Assembly (NCBI GenBank): GCA_977017645.1
Contig: OZ360225.1
Location: 118,234,001-118,298,000, forward strand
DNA from: Torpedo marmorata
Taxonomy: Eukaryota
Length of the DNA stretch: 64,000 nucleotides
Reading direction: 5' to 3'
The translations under genes and the position numbers were made by a program. The notes under the pieces are model-generated. The model was not told the DNA's origin. It did no database searches and saw nothing but the letters and a program-made list of their open reading frames with translations. Positions 25,201 through 38,300 of the stretch are shown piece after piece. Numbering within the stretch: the first letter of the stretch is position 1; the number at the start of each line of letters is the position of its first letter.

Positions 25201-28200
25201 GAGGATTATTGAAAGCTACAGTTTGAATAAAAAGAGAAAATGTCTATTGATGAAGAAACATGTTATTAACCATTTACCTGCCAAAAGCTTTAAGCACCTT
25301 TTGGCTCATGGTATGATGAATACAAATGGTCCATTATTTGCTGAAAAAATAAAAGTGAGTACATAGTTAGGCACAAATGCTCCAGCAATTTTCAGTGAGG
25401 ACAGAGTCAAGTAAACAGGGAGAACCAAAAACTGCCCTTTGATATGCATTTACTTTGGCATTAATTCCTGGTGCAGCACTGGAGTGCACTGACTAGCAGG
25501 TTGTATTTTGCAGTAGATTCAAAGTACTATTTCATAAAAATGTATTTTAAAAATTTCTGTATGTTTTTTTTCTATTAACCCATAATCATCAGTATATTTT
25601 ATTAGCAACGGCTGCATTGTGTCCATGTGCAACTGTCTGTGAACAAAAGTGGATGACATCTTTAATTAGTGCACTATTGTTCATTTTGCTCGAGAGAAAA
25701 ACAACATTTCCTGCATCAAAACAGTGAGCACATCTTAAAAAGTAAATCTTTGTAAAAGGTTTTGGGACATTGATGTCATGAATGGCCCTGTGTAAGTGCA
25801 GTACTTTCTGAAAAGGATGGGCTGCTACTGGAGCGCTCACTGTCGTCTTCAGTTCTATTGACTCTGCCTGTCGGTGCCTACTGCCTGGCTGCTGGCTCCT
25901 TCGGCTTCTGCAGGCTAGATGCAAGGTGCTGCACGCTGTAGCAATGTGTTTGTTTATTTTGCAGCTGCTCCAGAAAGGGCAGGGCCCTACCCCTACAACC
26001 TATCAAATGCTACCTCAACATTCCCGCCTTCACTGGCATTCAGCTGGAGACTATATTTGTACCAAGCCTGTAATAAGGTTAGAATAGAGACCTGATGGAA
26101 CCCAAACTGAGTTGGTTATTGCTACAGAACAGCCACTTGACAATACTCGGGCATTTTTCTATATTATCAAGAAAACTGCTGCACATTAATTGCAATGAAA
26201 CAGGTTTACAATGGCTGTGATTAGTTCTCGAGCACAATCTGCAGCAGAGATTGAATGTTGTCAGGGTCACAGAAAGATCCAGCTGAGGATAGCTGCAAAT
26301 GCTTCCTTTTCTTCTACACTTGCATGCTAGGCTCCACCATTGAGAATGAAAGAGTTAATGGAACTTCTTCTTACTGCCACTAATATCAAGGGGTCATTTA
26401 ACTAAAGGCAGACAAGAGGCACAGAGCTTTGACCTGGTCAGTTGATTGATTGAATCCAAATCTAAAGATGTTCTTACTACTTCAGCATGCATGTAATACT
26501 GTGTTCCAGATTCACAATGTTGGCACTTATTACACCTTTAATTGAATGAGGCAGTAATGCAGTATAAATCCAGTAATAAAGATGACTGACTTTAATGGTA
26601 TACAGTTCTAATGCTATTGAAGGCTCATGTTGGCTCATGAGCTACTAGATCTGTATTGCTGTAATGCACTTGTTAAATGTACAGTGGAGGGGCAATGTAA
26701 GTGTGAAAATCAACCTGACCTCCACAATGACATTGTGGCAGTAATTATGATCAAAATGGTCAAGGCATCTTTGCAAAGGAGATTGGTAAATGGCTCCTTT
26801 GGATTGCAGAAGTTCGAGTTCATCAAACTAATTCCTGCTCTTGAGGAGGTGCAGTGAAGGTTCACCAGACTGTTTCCTGGGATGGCAGGACTGACACATG
26901 AAGAAAGACTGAATAGACCAGGGCTGTACTTGTTGGAATTTAGAAGTATGAGAGGGGAATTTCATAGAGACATATTGAAACCTGACAGGACTAGACAGGT
27001 TAGATTGAGGAAGAATGTTCCTGATTTTGGGAACGTCAAGAACAAGGGGTCACAGCCCAAGGATAAAGGGAAAATCATTTAGGACTGAAATGAGGAGAAA
27101 CTTTTTCCACAGAGAGTTGTGAAGTTGTGCAACTCCCTACCTCAGAAGGTTGCCGAGGGTAGTTCAGTAGATATATTTAAAAGGAAGTTGGATGTGACCC
27201 TTATGGCTAAAGGGATCAAGGGATATGGAGAGAAAGAAGGAAGGATGTTGCATGATTCAGCAATGATAGTATTGAATGGAGAAGCTGGCTTGATGGGCCA
27301 AATAGTCTGCTCTTGCACGTGTTTTCTACGATTCTCTTATTACTTATCTGTTTTAGATCATTTAGTATGAACTCAGAAATGTATTGATGCCTCTTGACTA
27401 ACTTCGGAAACAGAAATAAATTAACCTATTATTTATTTTTTCCTATCAATAAAAAAAGCCGAAGAGACGTCATTCCAGATGCTTGCGTCAGCATTGTCCT
27501 GAAGTATGTCCAAAATATAGACTTCATTCTTGGTAGTGGGGCTTAAGCCCACAACTTCTAACTCAGAGGCACAAACGCCATCACTGAGTGAAAGCAGACT
27601 AATTTTATATGCAAAAATCAGAAAATTCCTCTGGGGCTCAAAAGATGAATACAGAGATAATTCCCCAGCAGATGCAGATCCAGGAACTACGGCTCAGTGT
27701 AAGAGGGACAGCATTTAGGACCAAGACGAGCAGTGATTTCTTCACTCATCATCTGATTCGGGCAATGAACCTTTGGAGTTCTCCAGGCTGGACAGCTGTC
27801 ATCAAGTTCGTTCAAAACGGAGACTGATAGATTTCTGGATATTTAAAGGAGTTAAGGGCATGGAGATAATGCAGGAAAAGATAGCTGAGACAAGCGATCA
27901 GCCACAATCTTGACAGACATTGGCAATGCTGGAGACCAGGTTCATTTGTTATACTTGTTAGTTGTAATTAATTTACTATTTGTTAGTGTGCTGTGCCTGC
28001 ACAGAGAGAGTTGATGGTACTGTGTGTTTAACCCTCACATTCCCAATTGGGAGTTGAGAATGTTTAGCAGTGATTTATTCGCACCCGATGTGTAGTTATT
28101 TGTGTATTATTGCTGTGCAAGTGTTCGTTAGTTGTGACCATTGCTGAACTCCAGGCTGCAAGTCACGGGCAGCTCCGGAGGGCAGACTCAATGGGCCCTT

Positions 28201-29295
28201 CCCGGATCCCGAGCAGCGGCGACAGTGGAGATCAGGTTCATGTGTATGTACTCGTTAGTTATGCGGTATACCGTGCCTGTGGGTGGTGGGTGCTGAAGAG
28301 GTTAAACCCTTGTTTCTGGGTATACCGTGCCTGTGGGTGGTGGGTACTGAAGAAGTTAAACCCTAGTTTCTTGGTACACCATGCCTGTGTGCTGTGTATG
28401 TTAGTCTGTGCGAGTGTGTACCCTTTTGTGAATTCCCCTGTGCGTAAATAAAGCCAACTGTTTGTTGATAACACGTGTCCAGCCTTGATTCTCTTTGACC
28501 CAACGAACCTATTCTTGAACACAACACTTAGGCTGGAGATTGAATTAAAAATTATGATTCAACATAAATCCTCTGATGTAATTCATGATAACAAGCTTCT
28601 TGATATGTAGACTTATGACGGCAAGGTCAATATGGAGACTGTGCAGCAAATGTAATCACATGAGACCAAGAGACTGGAGATGCTGCAATCTGGAGCAAAA
28701 AACAAACTGCTAGAGGAACTCAGCAGGTCGAGCAGCATCTTTCAGGTGGGGGGAGGTTTTGTCAATGTTTTGGCTCGAGAACCTGCATTGGAATATAATC
28801 AGATGACCTTTTGGATTGCCAAAAATCCTCCCAGTAATTCGATCCTTTAGGTATTATAATCATGTTGTATTACTCAGAGCTAACTGAAACATGAAGACAG
28901 GAAGGGGAAAAAATTATAAATGGCAGTTGCAAAACAACTCAAGAGTCGCAGTTCCTGTTCTGAACAGCAGATGGGGATCACACTGTTCCTACATGCACAT
29001 AGAAAGGACATAAAAGACAACGTTTGAACTCCAGCAGTAAACACTGTCATGTCGCCCAACTTCCAACCATCTTAAACTGAGCACACTGTAAATGGTCAGC
29101 TTTTAGCATTTTGCCAAATTGCTGGATGGAACTGCATTTTTGTACAGTACTGCATGACGTGTTCAACCGGTGAAAACAGAAGTAAATGCAAATTCATCAC
29201 TGCTTGAAAGTTATTGTATTTAAGAAAAATGATATTGCACTGCACGTCATTATATTTGATCCAATCTACAGCCTGGCTTTATATTTGAAACACCT

Positions 29296-29334
<39 letters not shown>

Positions 29335-32300
29335 CCATCACTGGCAGAAGTTCCAAACCTCATTATCGCCCAAGACACTCACCAGGTTTCTTTGCAAGAG
29401 GCAAAGACAAGAAAGGAGTGGGAGATTATTGTTGAAGGGGCAGCAGAAGGGTGCTGTAGAAGATTATTTTTGTAAGGGGCAGTGGGAGGGAGGAAAGGAT
29501 GATTTTTGAGAGGGGGAAAGAGGTGCAGAGTAGGGGATTATTTATTAAAATTAAATGTGTAGGTCATGATTTAAGTTCAGAAATTCTGCTTTGCTTGATA
29601 ACTGGAAAGACATCTTCAGTAGTCAGCCAAATAACCCTGAGCCTGTAAAAGTATAAGGAGCTGACCATTTGGCCTCTCATGTCTACTCTACGGTTCAACA
29701 AGATCATGGCCGATTTTCAACCTCAACTTAATTTTTCCACCTATTTCCTATCTTTTGAAACCTCTAATATTCAGAAACCTACAAATGTTTGTTTTAAGTG
29801 TAACCAATGTCTGAGCCCCCACACCTTTGCTTGGGCAGAGGGTTCCAAAGATTCACCACCTAAGTTCTAAACCGTTTCCTCATTTCAGTCCTCCCCCTCA
29901 TCTGGGACTGAGGGGGAGGACTGATGTGCCTCAGGTTGGCTGGTTCATCAACTAAAGGGCTCCAGTAGTTAAGAGCAGACAGTTCAAAGCTCAGCTCAGG
30001 GACTTTACCCCTATTTACCATTATTCCACAGTCTGACCGATATAGTGCAGCTAAATGCAGCAGAATCACAGACGGCAATGAGGAAGCGTACAGGAGGGAG
30101 ATAGATCAGCTACTTGTGTGGTGTCACAACAACAACCTTGCACTCAACATTAGCAAAACTAAGGAGCTGACTGTGGACTTCAGGAGGGGGAAATCAGGAG
30201 AATATGAACCAGTAAAAAACACAAATGCTGGAGAAACTCAGCAGGTCAAACAGTGTCTTTTATGTAGCAAAGGTAGAAATACATAACCGACGTTTCGGGC
30301 TTGAACCCTTCATCAAAGTATGAGAAAAAGCCAGCAGGCGTCCAAACAAAAGAGTGAGGGGGGGGAAGGGGGGGGGTGGCAAAGGCAGGAGATGATAGGT
30401 GGAGAAAGGAGGTAGGGGACAGCAGCAAAGAGGGGAGGAGGGATGGCTGGGTGGGTGGAAAAAAACTGGAAGGACAGGTAAGGGGGGAGGGGAAGGAAAA
30501 GGCAAGCAGGATTAGTGGAAAGCAGAAAAGTCAATGTTAATGCCACCTGGCTGGAGAGTGCCCAGACGAAAAATAAGATGTTGTTCCTCCAATTTGCGGG
30601 TAGTCTGGGTGAGATAGTACATAAGGCCATGGACAGACATGAGTGTGGGAGTGTGACTCGGAATTGAAATGGTTGGCTACTGGGAGGTCGCTGTTGTTGC
30701 GGATGGAGAGGAGGTGCTCAGCGAAGCGATCTCCCAATTTATGACCGGTCTCTCCAATGTAGAGAATGCCACAAAGGGAGCACCGAATGCAGAAAATATG
30801 TTCTCGAGGGGTCAGCAGTGGAAAGGGTTAAGAACTTCAAATTCCTGGGTGTCAACATCTCTGAAGATCTGTCCTGGCATGTCGATGCAACCACGAAGAA
30901 GGCTCGCTAGCGGCTATACTTCATGAGAAGTTTGAGGAGATATGGTATGTCACCAAGGACTCTTACAAATTTATACAGGTGTACCGATTGGTTGCATCAC
31001 TGTCTGGTATGGAGGTGCGAATGCACAGGATAGGAAAAAAACTGCAGAGAGTTGTGAACTCGGCCAGCGTCATCACGGGCATCAGTCTCCACTCCATCGA
31101 GAACATCTACAAGAGGTGGTGTCTTAAGAAAGCAGCCTCTATCCTCAAGGACCCTCAACACCCAGGCCATACCCTCTTCACTCTGCTACCATCAGGAAGG
31201 AGGTACAGGAGCCTGAAGACAAGCACCCAGCGGCACAAGGACAGCTTCTTCCCCTCTGCCATCAGATTTCTGAATGGACAATGAATCACTGACACTACCT
31301 CACCTTCTCTTCTTTTGCACTAATTTATTTATTTTAATTGCAATTTATAGCAATATTTGCACTGTAATGCTGTCACAAAACAACATGACAGTGTGACATG
31401 TTCATGACAATAAATCCTGATTCTGATTCAGAGTCATAGATGTTCATTTTTCACAACTCTCCTTGCAGCACCAGAACAAACTTGACATTTTCAATACCAT
31501 GTATAACTGAACTTGTACAGGGACTGAAATTGTTGTGCAAATAAATGGTGACTGTGAGTTAAACTCTCTTATTGGGAGGATTGTAGCACCAAAGGTTTGA
31601 TACCATTCAGACCATAAACTGTGATTAGGACTTTAATGCATTATATTCCTTATGATACACACAAACACCTTTGTTAAGTTTTGAAATTTGACAAACACAA
31701 CACAAGCCCACATGAATACTAAAAGGGATGCTTGAGTGCTGAAAATCTAAATTATACAGTAAATGATGGAAACTTTGCACTTGCAGAGAAACAGTTTACA
31801 TTAAAACTTTTTAAATCAAAACTGGATTTCTCTCCAAACCTGTTGCTGAGTATTTCAAGTTCAAGTTTATCATCATTTGACTGTACGTATACAACCAGAT
31901 AAAACAGTGTTTCTCCGGACCAAGGTGAACACACATACACAGCACATAATCATGTATACAGTATACTTCACATATACTGTATAACTCCAGTATTTCCAGA
32001 CCTTTGCTTTAAATGTTGGGTTACTTTTTAAAAGGAGTAGCAGCTGGCTAAAGGGAACGCAGGAGGCAGCAGCCGCAGCAAGTGAGGAAGTCAGCAATTT
32101 CAAGATATCAGTACCCAATCTTACCAAGATTAGCACATCAACTTCACCTCTTTAATGAATGGGCAGAGAGCACCACATGGGGTAAGCACATACATCTATC
32201 TATCAGTGGACAGAACCATGTAATCCCAACCTTGATAAAAATGTGGAATTCTTGAAAGTGAACCTAGCTTCTAGTGCACAAAATAAAGCAACAAAGATCT

Positions 32301-35300
32301 CTCTGCTCCAACACTTCAGTTGTGGGTTTTCCATTTTACAAGATTATATTAATTGCAGATTTAAAGACTGCACACTTTGAAATCCAAAACGACAAGCATC
32401 AGAGCTATGCAAACCACAGATGTTACTCTTACCGTTTTGCAGCATCCCAGATAATGGGCTCTGTGTTCCAAGTGATGATGCAGAGACATTTCCATTGCCT
32501 ATTTGTAGGAGGTCTTGGAAGATGGTCTGTTTGTCAACCGGTCCACTGGCAGGAGCCGCTTTCATGTCTGGGAAAAGCTGCTGTAACTGACTGTTCTGCA
32601 GGTCATCAAGAATTTCTTCTAAGTTATCCAAGTCACTGCTGATCTGCTGTCAACAACAAGGCCAATTACCACCCATCCTTTTTGCGTTCAATCCCAACCA
32701 GTGGATACTTATCATCAAGTACCACAGCCTATTTAATCACTGCAAAATGATCTCATACCTCCCAGCCCCGAAATCTCCCCTTCTCTCCAGGAGGAAGAAA
32801 TTTTTGTTGGGGTAAGACTTCCTGATCACAGGACCACCCTCATTCCTTGCATTCAATGCAGGGATCTGGTAAATGGAAGGGGCACCACAGAGAAACCCGA
32901 TCCCCACCAGCAGTCAATGCTCATGCACGTCACCCTGGTGATGATCATTAGACAACAAATGAGAACTCTTGTTATCCGCCCCCCGCAACCCCCCCCCCCC
33001 GCCTCCGTGCCCACTGAAGCTCAAGCTCAATGTTGAACCCCCTTTGAAATCAGCTTTGGGTCGACCAGAAAAGGGAATGAAATCCATTGGATCTGGTGCA
33101 TTTACTCATTAAATCACCAGAGGAGCCTAACACCTGTTGGATAAAATCATGGTCGGTGAATTTCCATCCAAATAAGATGTATACGATCCTAAAACAAGGG
33201 TGTAAAACTCCTGTGTATGAACTTTGAAATGGTAAATTTCCCATGAAAACATTTAATTTTGCCATGTGGTATAATAACCATATAAAACTCACATGCTGTA
33301 AAGATTTTACTCATTTCAAAAGCACCACTTAACATTGATGTGAATTTAGTCATGTCATCTTAAATTTGAGAAATCAATTAAAAAAGATACCCCTTAAGTG
33401 AATTATTTAGCAGTAATCCACTGAAAGTTCAGCCATCATAAGTGGTTTAAATACAATTTAAATTAGTTCCTTTCAATTAACTATCAGATGAACAATACAG
33501 TTTGAAAATTTATAACTAGAAGCAGGAGTTGCGGACTTACTTTGCACATTATTTATTACTGAATATTTATTTTTTTCTGTATTGCAGAGTTTGTTTACAT
33601 TTCTTTCTTTGTTTACACTTCTCTCTTTTGTATACATATCTTTTCTTGAGTACAGTTTTTTGCACTGCTGATAAGTAAAAATTCTGCCTGGTCTGCAGGA
33701 AAAAGAATCTCAGGGTTGTATGTGATGTTCTGTATGTAGTCTGACAATAAATCTGAACTATGAAGGAGTAGGCCACTTGGCCCCTCAATTTTGTTCTGGC
33801 AGTTAAAAAGAACATGACTGATCTGACAAACCTCAACTCTGCATTCCCGCTGACCTAGGGTAACATTTCACTCAAGAAAAATAAAAACTGCAGTTACTGG
33901 GATCTTGATTGAACAAAGAGAAGCTGGAGGGACTCATCAGGTCAGGCAGCATCCACGGAGAGAAATGGCCAGTCAATGTTTTGGGTCGGGACACTTGATT
34001 GACTAAAGTTGGAAGGGTTATATAAAGGGGGGGAAAAGTGGAGTTGGGGGGTCTCGGGAGGGACCAAGAGGTGATGGACAGAAGAAGGTGGGAGAACTAT
34101 GTAGGTGAAGAGACCACGTAGGCGATGGGGAGGCGGGTAGAGAGAAAAGTGAGAATGGGGGTAGGTGCATTTCACTCAATTGTCAGGAGTCCATCTCCCT
34201 CAACCTTAGAAGCAATCAAAGATTCTGTTTCCACCACTCTTTGGGAAAGATACTGTAGTTCCAAAGACTCCTGACCCTCTGTAAAAAAAGGTTTGCCTCA
34301 GCTCTGATATCTTATATTTTTAAATGGTCTGTAGTTCTAGATTCTCCCACTTCCACCCTGTCAAGAATCCTTGAGATCTTGTGTTGTTAAATTAGAATAT
34401 AGCAACTTTTGACCATAATTATATTTAAGATTTCTGGTATTATTTTCCTATTTCTAATGACATGTTGCATATTGAATTTAGAAAACTGGAATGCAAGTGT
34501 AAACCTCCGAGGAAGTACATGAAGTGATCACATAAAGGGGCGGCACGATCAGCGTAGCGTAAGAATATACAATAAGTCTGCGAGGGGTTAGAGCAATGCT
34601 GTTACAGCGCCAGTGACCGGGGTTCGAATATCTGTAAGGAGTTTGTACGTTCTCCCCTTGTCTGCGTAGGTTTCCTCCGGGTACTCCGGTTTCCTCCCAC
34701 CATTCAAAAACGTACCGGGGGGTTGTAGGTCAATTGGGTGTAATTGGGTGGCACGGGCTCATGGGCCTATTACCGTGCTGTATGTCTAAATTAAAATTTT
34801 AATACATGAAGCTGCAAGAGTATTGGGCAATATTACTTAATTTTGATTCTTTTTCCACCTCGGTATTTGAAATATGTTTGTTACTACCATATTAAAACTT
34901 CCAAACGGATCTCTTTTTTTTCTGATCTGCATTGTAATTCACCAAGAAATATAGCTTAAGCTCATCTCAGCAGAAAGTGGTTTTATTTTTCTCTACATCA
35001 GTGGGGTCTACACTCCTCTACTACTATTGAGAGAAAACAAGTACCAGGGTAAAGTCAATAACATGTTACTTGTTCTGTTTTATTTCACAAGTTGTTTCCT
35101 GAACTTTTTAATATGCATAAGGTGAAGAACCTTCACGATTAATATCTGATATTCCAGCAAGCATCCTGAACTGTCACTACATTTTAAGATTAAGAATATA
35201 CAATAAGCCTGCCAGCAAATGTACTTCAGAAGTTTCAAACGAAATGGGGAAAATTCTACAGTATTTATCTATTACCTACACATTACCTGGCCCATTTCAA

Positions 35301-38300
35301 GCCATATTTTACTCTAAAGAGTTTTTAAAAAAAAATACAGCTATGAGATTAGTTAAATATTGAAAGTATTAATCAAGACCCCCTTCTTTGGAAGTTCTTG
35401 AATATTTAGTGCTTTGTGTGATGCATGCTACTGGGGAGAGACCTTATGGAAAACAACAAACTGGGAAAGTGTGGGCATCATTCCGAAGAGTGCATTGACA
35501 ATATAGCTCTGCTTCCAGAGATTACAACTTAACATATTTTTTACATTATTAATTATTCCCAAATTGGTCATTTTCGGTGAAGAATAAATGCACTGGTGCA
35601 TGTGATCAACAAACAGCATGACAGAACTTTTCCAACAACAGAATTGAATTGGATATTTTTCTCTTGCAGATAACCACTTTTAATCATTTGCAATTTTAAG
35701 AAGCCATTTTATTTATACACATTTTATGCATTGGATGTACAACATGCAATCCTACTCATATTAACAATCTACATGACCCTTGTATTTACTTCTCCTTCAC
35801 AGAAACGTCCTTGATTCCAGGTCACATGTGACTGTTGCACAGCAAGCATAGCAATTAAGGCAACGCTATTAAAATGCCAGTGACCCGGCTTTGAATCCAG
35901 CACTGTCTGTAAGGAGTTTTATGTTCTCCCCATGACCTGTGTGGGTTTTCTCTGGGTGCTCTGATTTCCTCCTATCCTCCAAAACGTAGGTTAATTGGGT
36001 GTAATTAGATGGCATAAGTTTCATGGGCCAGAAGGGCCTTCCACTGCACTGTATCATTAAAAATGAAAGAAAACTCTGTTGATAAAGCCACCACGTAAAG
36101 ACACACAGATTGGATCTGCCATGCTTATGTCGTCAGTGATCTCAGGCATTGTGACATTGGAGCTTCTATTACCTTTGATTTGTATGGGCAGGATGAGCTC
36201 AGCTATAATGTCAGAGTGGAGATGGGGGTGTCACATGAGAAAAAGAAACTTCATAACTCACAAATCTTCAGTGTTAATTTACATTAAAATATTGCATTAT
36301 TTCCAGATTAAATACAAACTAAAACAAATTTAATAAAAAAGTTGGAAGATAACGCCTGTGCAAAAATGGCAAGACACGCTATTCAATAATAGCACAGTAG
36401 CATGTTAATCTATTTGCTGTTTTATTATAAAATTTAACACAACACCTAACATACTGAGTAGTTTATGGAGCTGCCATGCCCTGCCCAATAGTTCTGTATC
36501 AGCCTACTCTTGAGAACTTTGCTGTGTACCACAGCAGTTTTCCGTTAACGAAGGCAACAAGGTTGAATGAGTGCCAGACAAAGCACGTTTCTTGACATTC
36601 TTGAAATTAAATTTCAAAGTATATCATGAAACTAATGGTTGCTTTCAGCCCTTTGCCATCATCACAATCAGTAGCACAGGCTGCTATTTACATGAGCTGT
36701 GCTGGGTATTTGACATGTCGTGTGGAAGGCTATTAGTGGAAAAATCATGCACCATAAAAAGTGATGGGGGTAAGAGTGATTCTGATTTTGTGACCATTGC
36801 ATGATCGTTCAATGCGATAGAAGCAATAATTAAATGGTAACAAAAATCACAGAATGAGAAGTGAAACCAAATGGTATATTTGGCTTCAGAGAATTATCAT
36901 GAAATCTGTTTTCATAAAAAAGACTTGGGAGGGGAAAAAATTGGCTGAACAGGTGCTTTTCATTTCAGCTCAGGCAGAAGACAGCACTGCAGTTTGACCT
37001 TGTTTTCATTATAGTTTGCAGAATTACTGGAAACGAATAGAATGTAATGAGCACAGGGAGACTCCGAAAGGGACCAGAGAGTAATAACATGGGAAAGACA
37101 TTAAAAAAAGTAATAAAATGCTGATATACGAGAGCAATGAAATACAACAATATGCTTTCATTCAATGTGGGAAAGCATCCCAAAGAGTTTCACAAGTGAA
37201 TTAAGACAAAAAGAAGTTAGGACATGTGACTACAAGGCTTAGACTTAATGACTGTTTAGAGGAACCATTAAAAAAATGGCGAGACAGAGACATTTAGGGA
37301 AAGAATTTCCAAATTTAGAATGTATGTAAAAGTACTAAATATAAAACTAAATAAATTAGGGAAGAAACAATCTATACTGGAGAATTCTAGCATTGGTGCA
37401 ATGTGGGAAGGTAGGCTTGGGAGTGCTAGACTGGTAGCAGCAGCAAGAGAGGAGTCATGGGAAAGAGAGTTCCTGCTGAAGAAATGCTTATTGTCACAAC
37501 CTGGAGAAATATATGACTGGGCTGAGCTCAGATCTGCTTGGCACCCAGCTCCCACATTCTTATTCAGAATGACTTGCATGAGGACTAGGGGGCTCTTGTG
37601 GCTTCAAGCCCCGGCACGATTTTGACACGAGAACTAATTTTACTTTCTGTCTCCTCTGCAACTAAATATGAACAGTACATAAGTTGCCACATTTGGATAC
37701 ATCATTATATAGAAATGTTTTTTTTAATGTACCCATTCTAGAATGTCTCACTCAAATCCCCAAGCAAGGGGATTTGTCACTTTATTGCCACTGTCCAATC
37801 GATGGGGCAAATTCATGCTGGACGTCCTTGCCAAGTGCCTGCACGGGATGGCTGAACGACCTGGTCTTCTTTAACCATGAATTACCCAGGGAGGTGCACC
37901 AGGATTTGACAGATTGGCAATGTTGTGGATAGTGAGGAAGGTTGTCTTAGGCTACAGAAGGAAATTGAGCAAATGAATAGATGGACCTCCTGTCTATCTC
38001 GCCTTGCCTATGCTGACTAAAATGCATACCGACACTGATCACATTTGCCTGTTTTTGGCCCATATCCCTCTAAAACAGTGGTTTTCAAACTGCCTCCCTA
38101 AACTCACATTCCACCTTAAGCAATCCCTATGCCATAAGTGCTCTGTGATTAGTAAGGGATTGCTTAAGGTGGTATGTGAGTGGAAAGAAAAAGTTTGAAA
38201 ACCACTGTTTTAATCGTACCTAATTGACTCGTTATGTGCACGGTTTCATAACTCCAAAGGAAATGGGCCAATGACAATTTTTCTCAAGCAAAATATTTCA

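Larger units (their letters stand above)
30068..31430 (+). mobile_element. Rex1/Babar-like LINE 3' part interrupted by a Penelope element
   Basis: [17 protein letters not shown] before 30213, resuming [12 protein letters not shown] at ~30804; [19 protein letters not shown]; (ctgatt)n tail. Confidence 0.85.

Noticed and set aside
25278-25340. 63-bp cassette-exon candidate on the minus strand (ttttttcAG ... CAG|GTAAAT)
   Set aside because: Contains an in-frame TGA and would leave only a 62-nt intron to the next exon, below the usual vertebrate minimum
29186-29509. Poly-Lys ORF
   Set aside because: Translation of an A homopolymer
37500-37640. Putative enhancer or CTCF-like motif (ggactagggggctc), with similar motif clusters near 25900 and 32050
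   Set aside because: Short motifs are expected by chance; conservation or chromatin data would be needed
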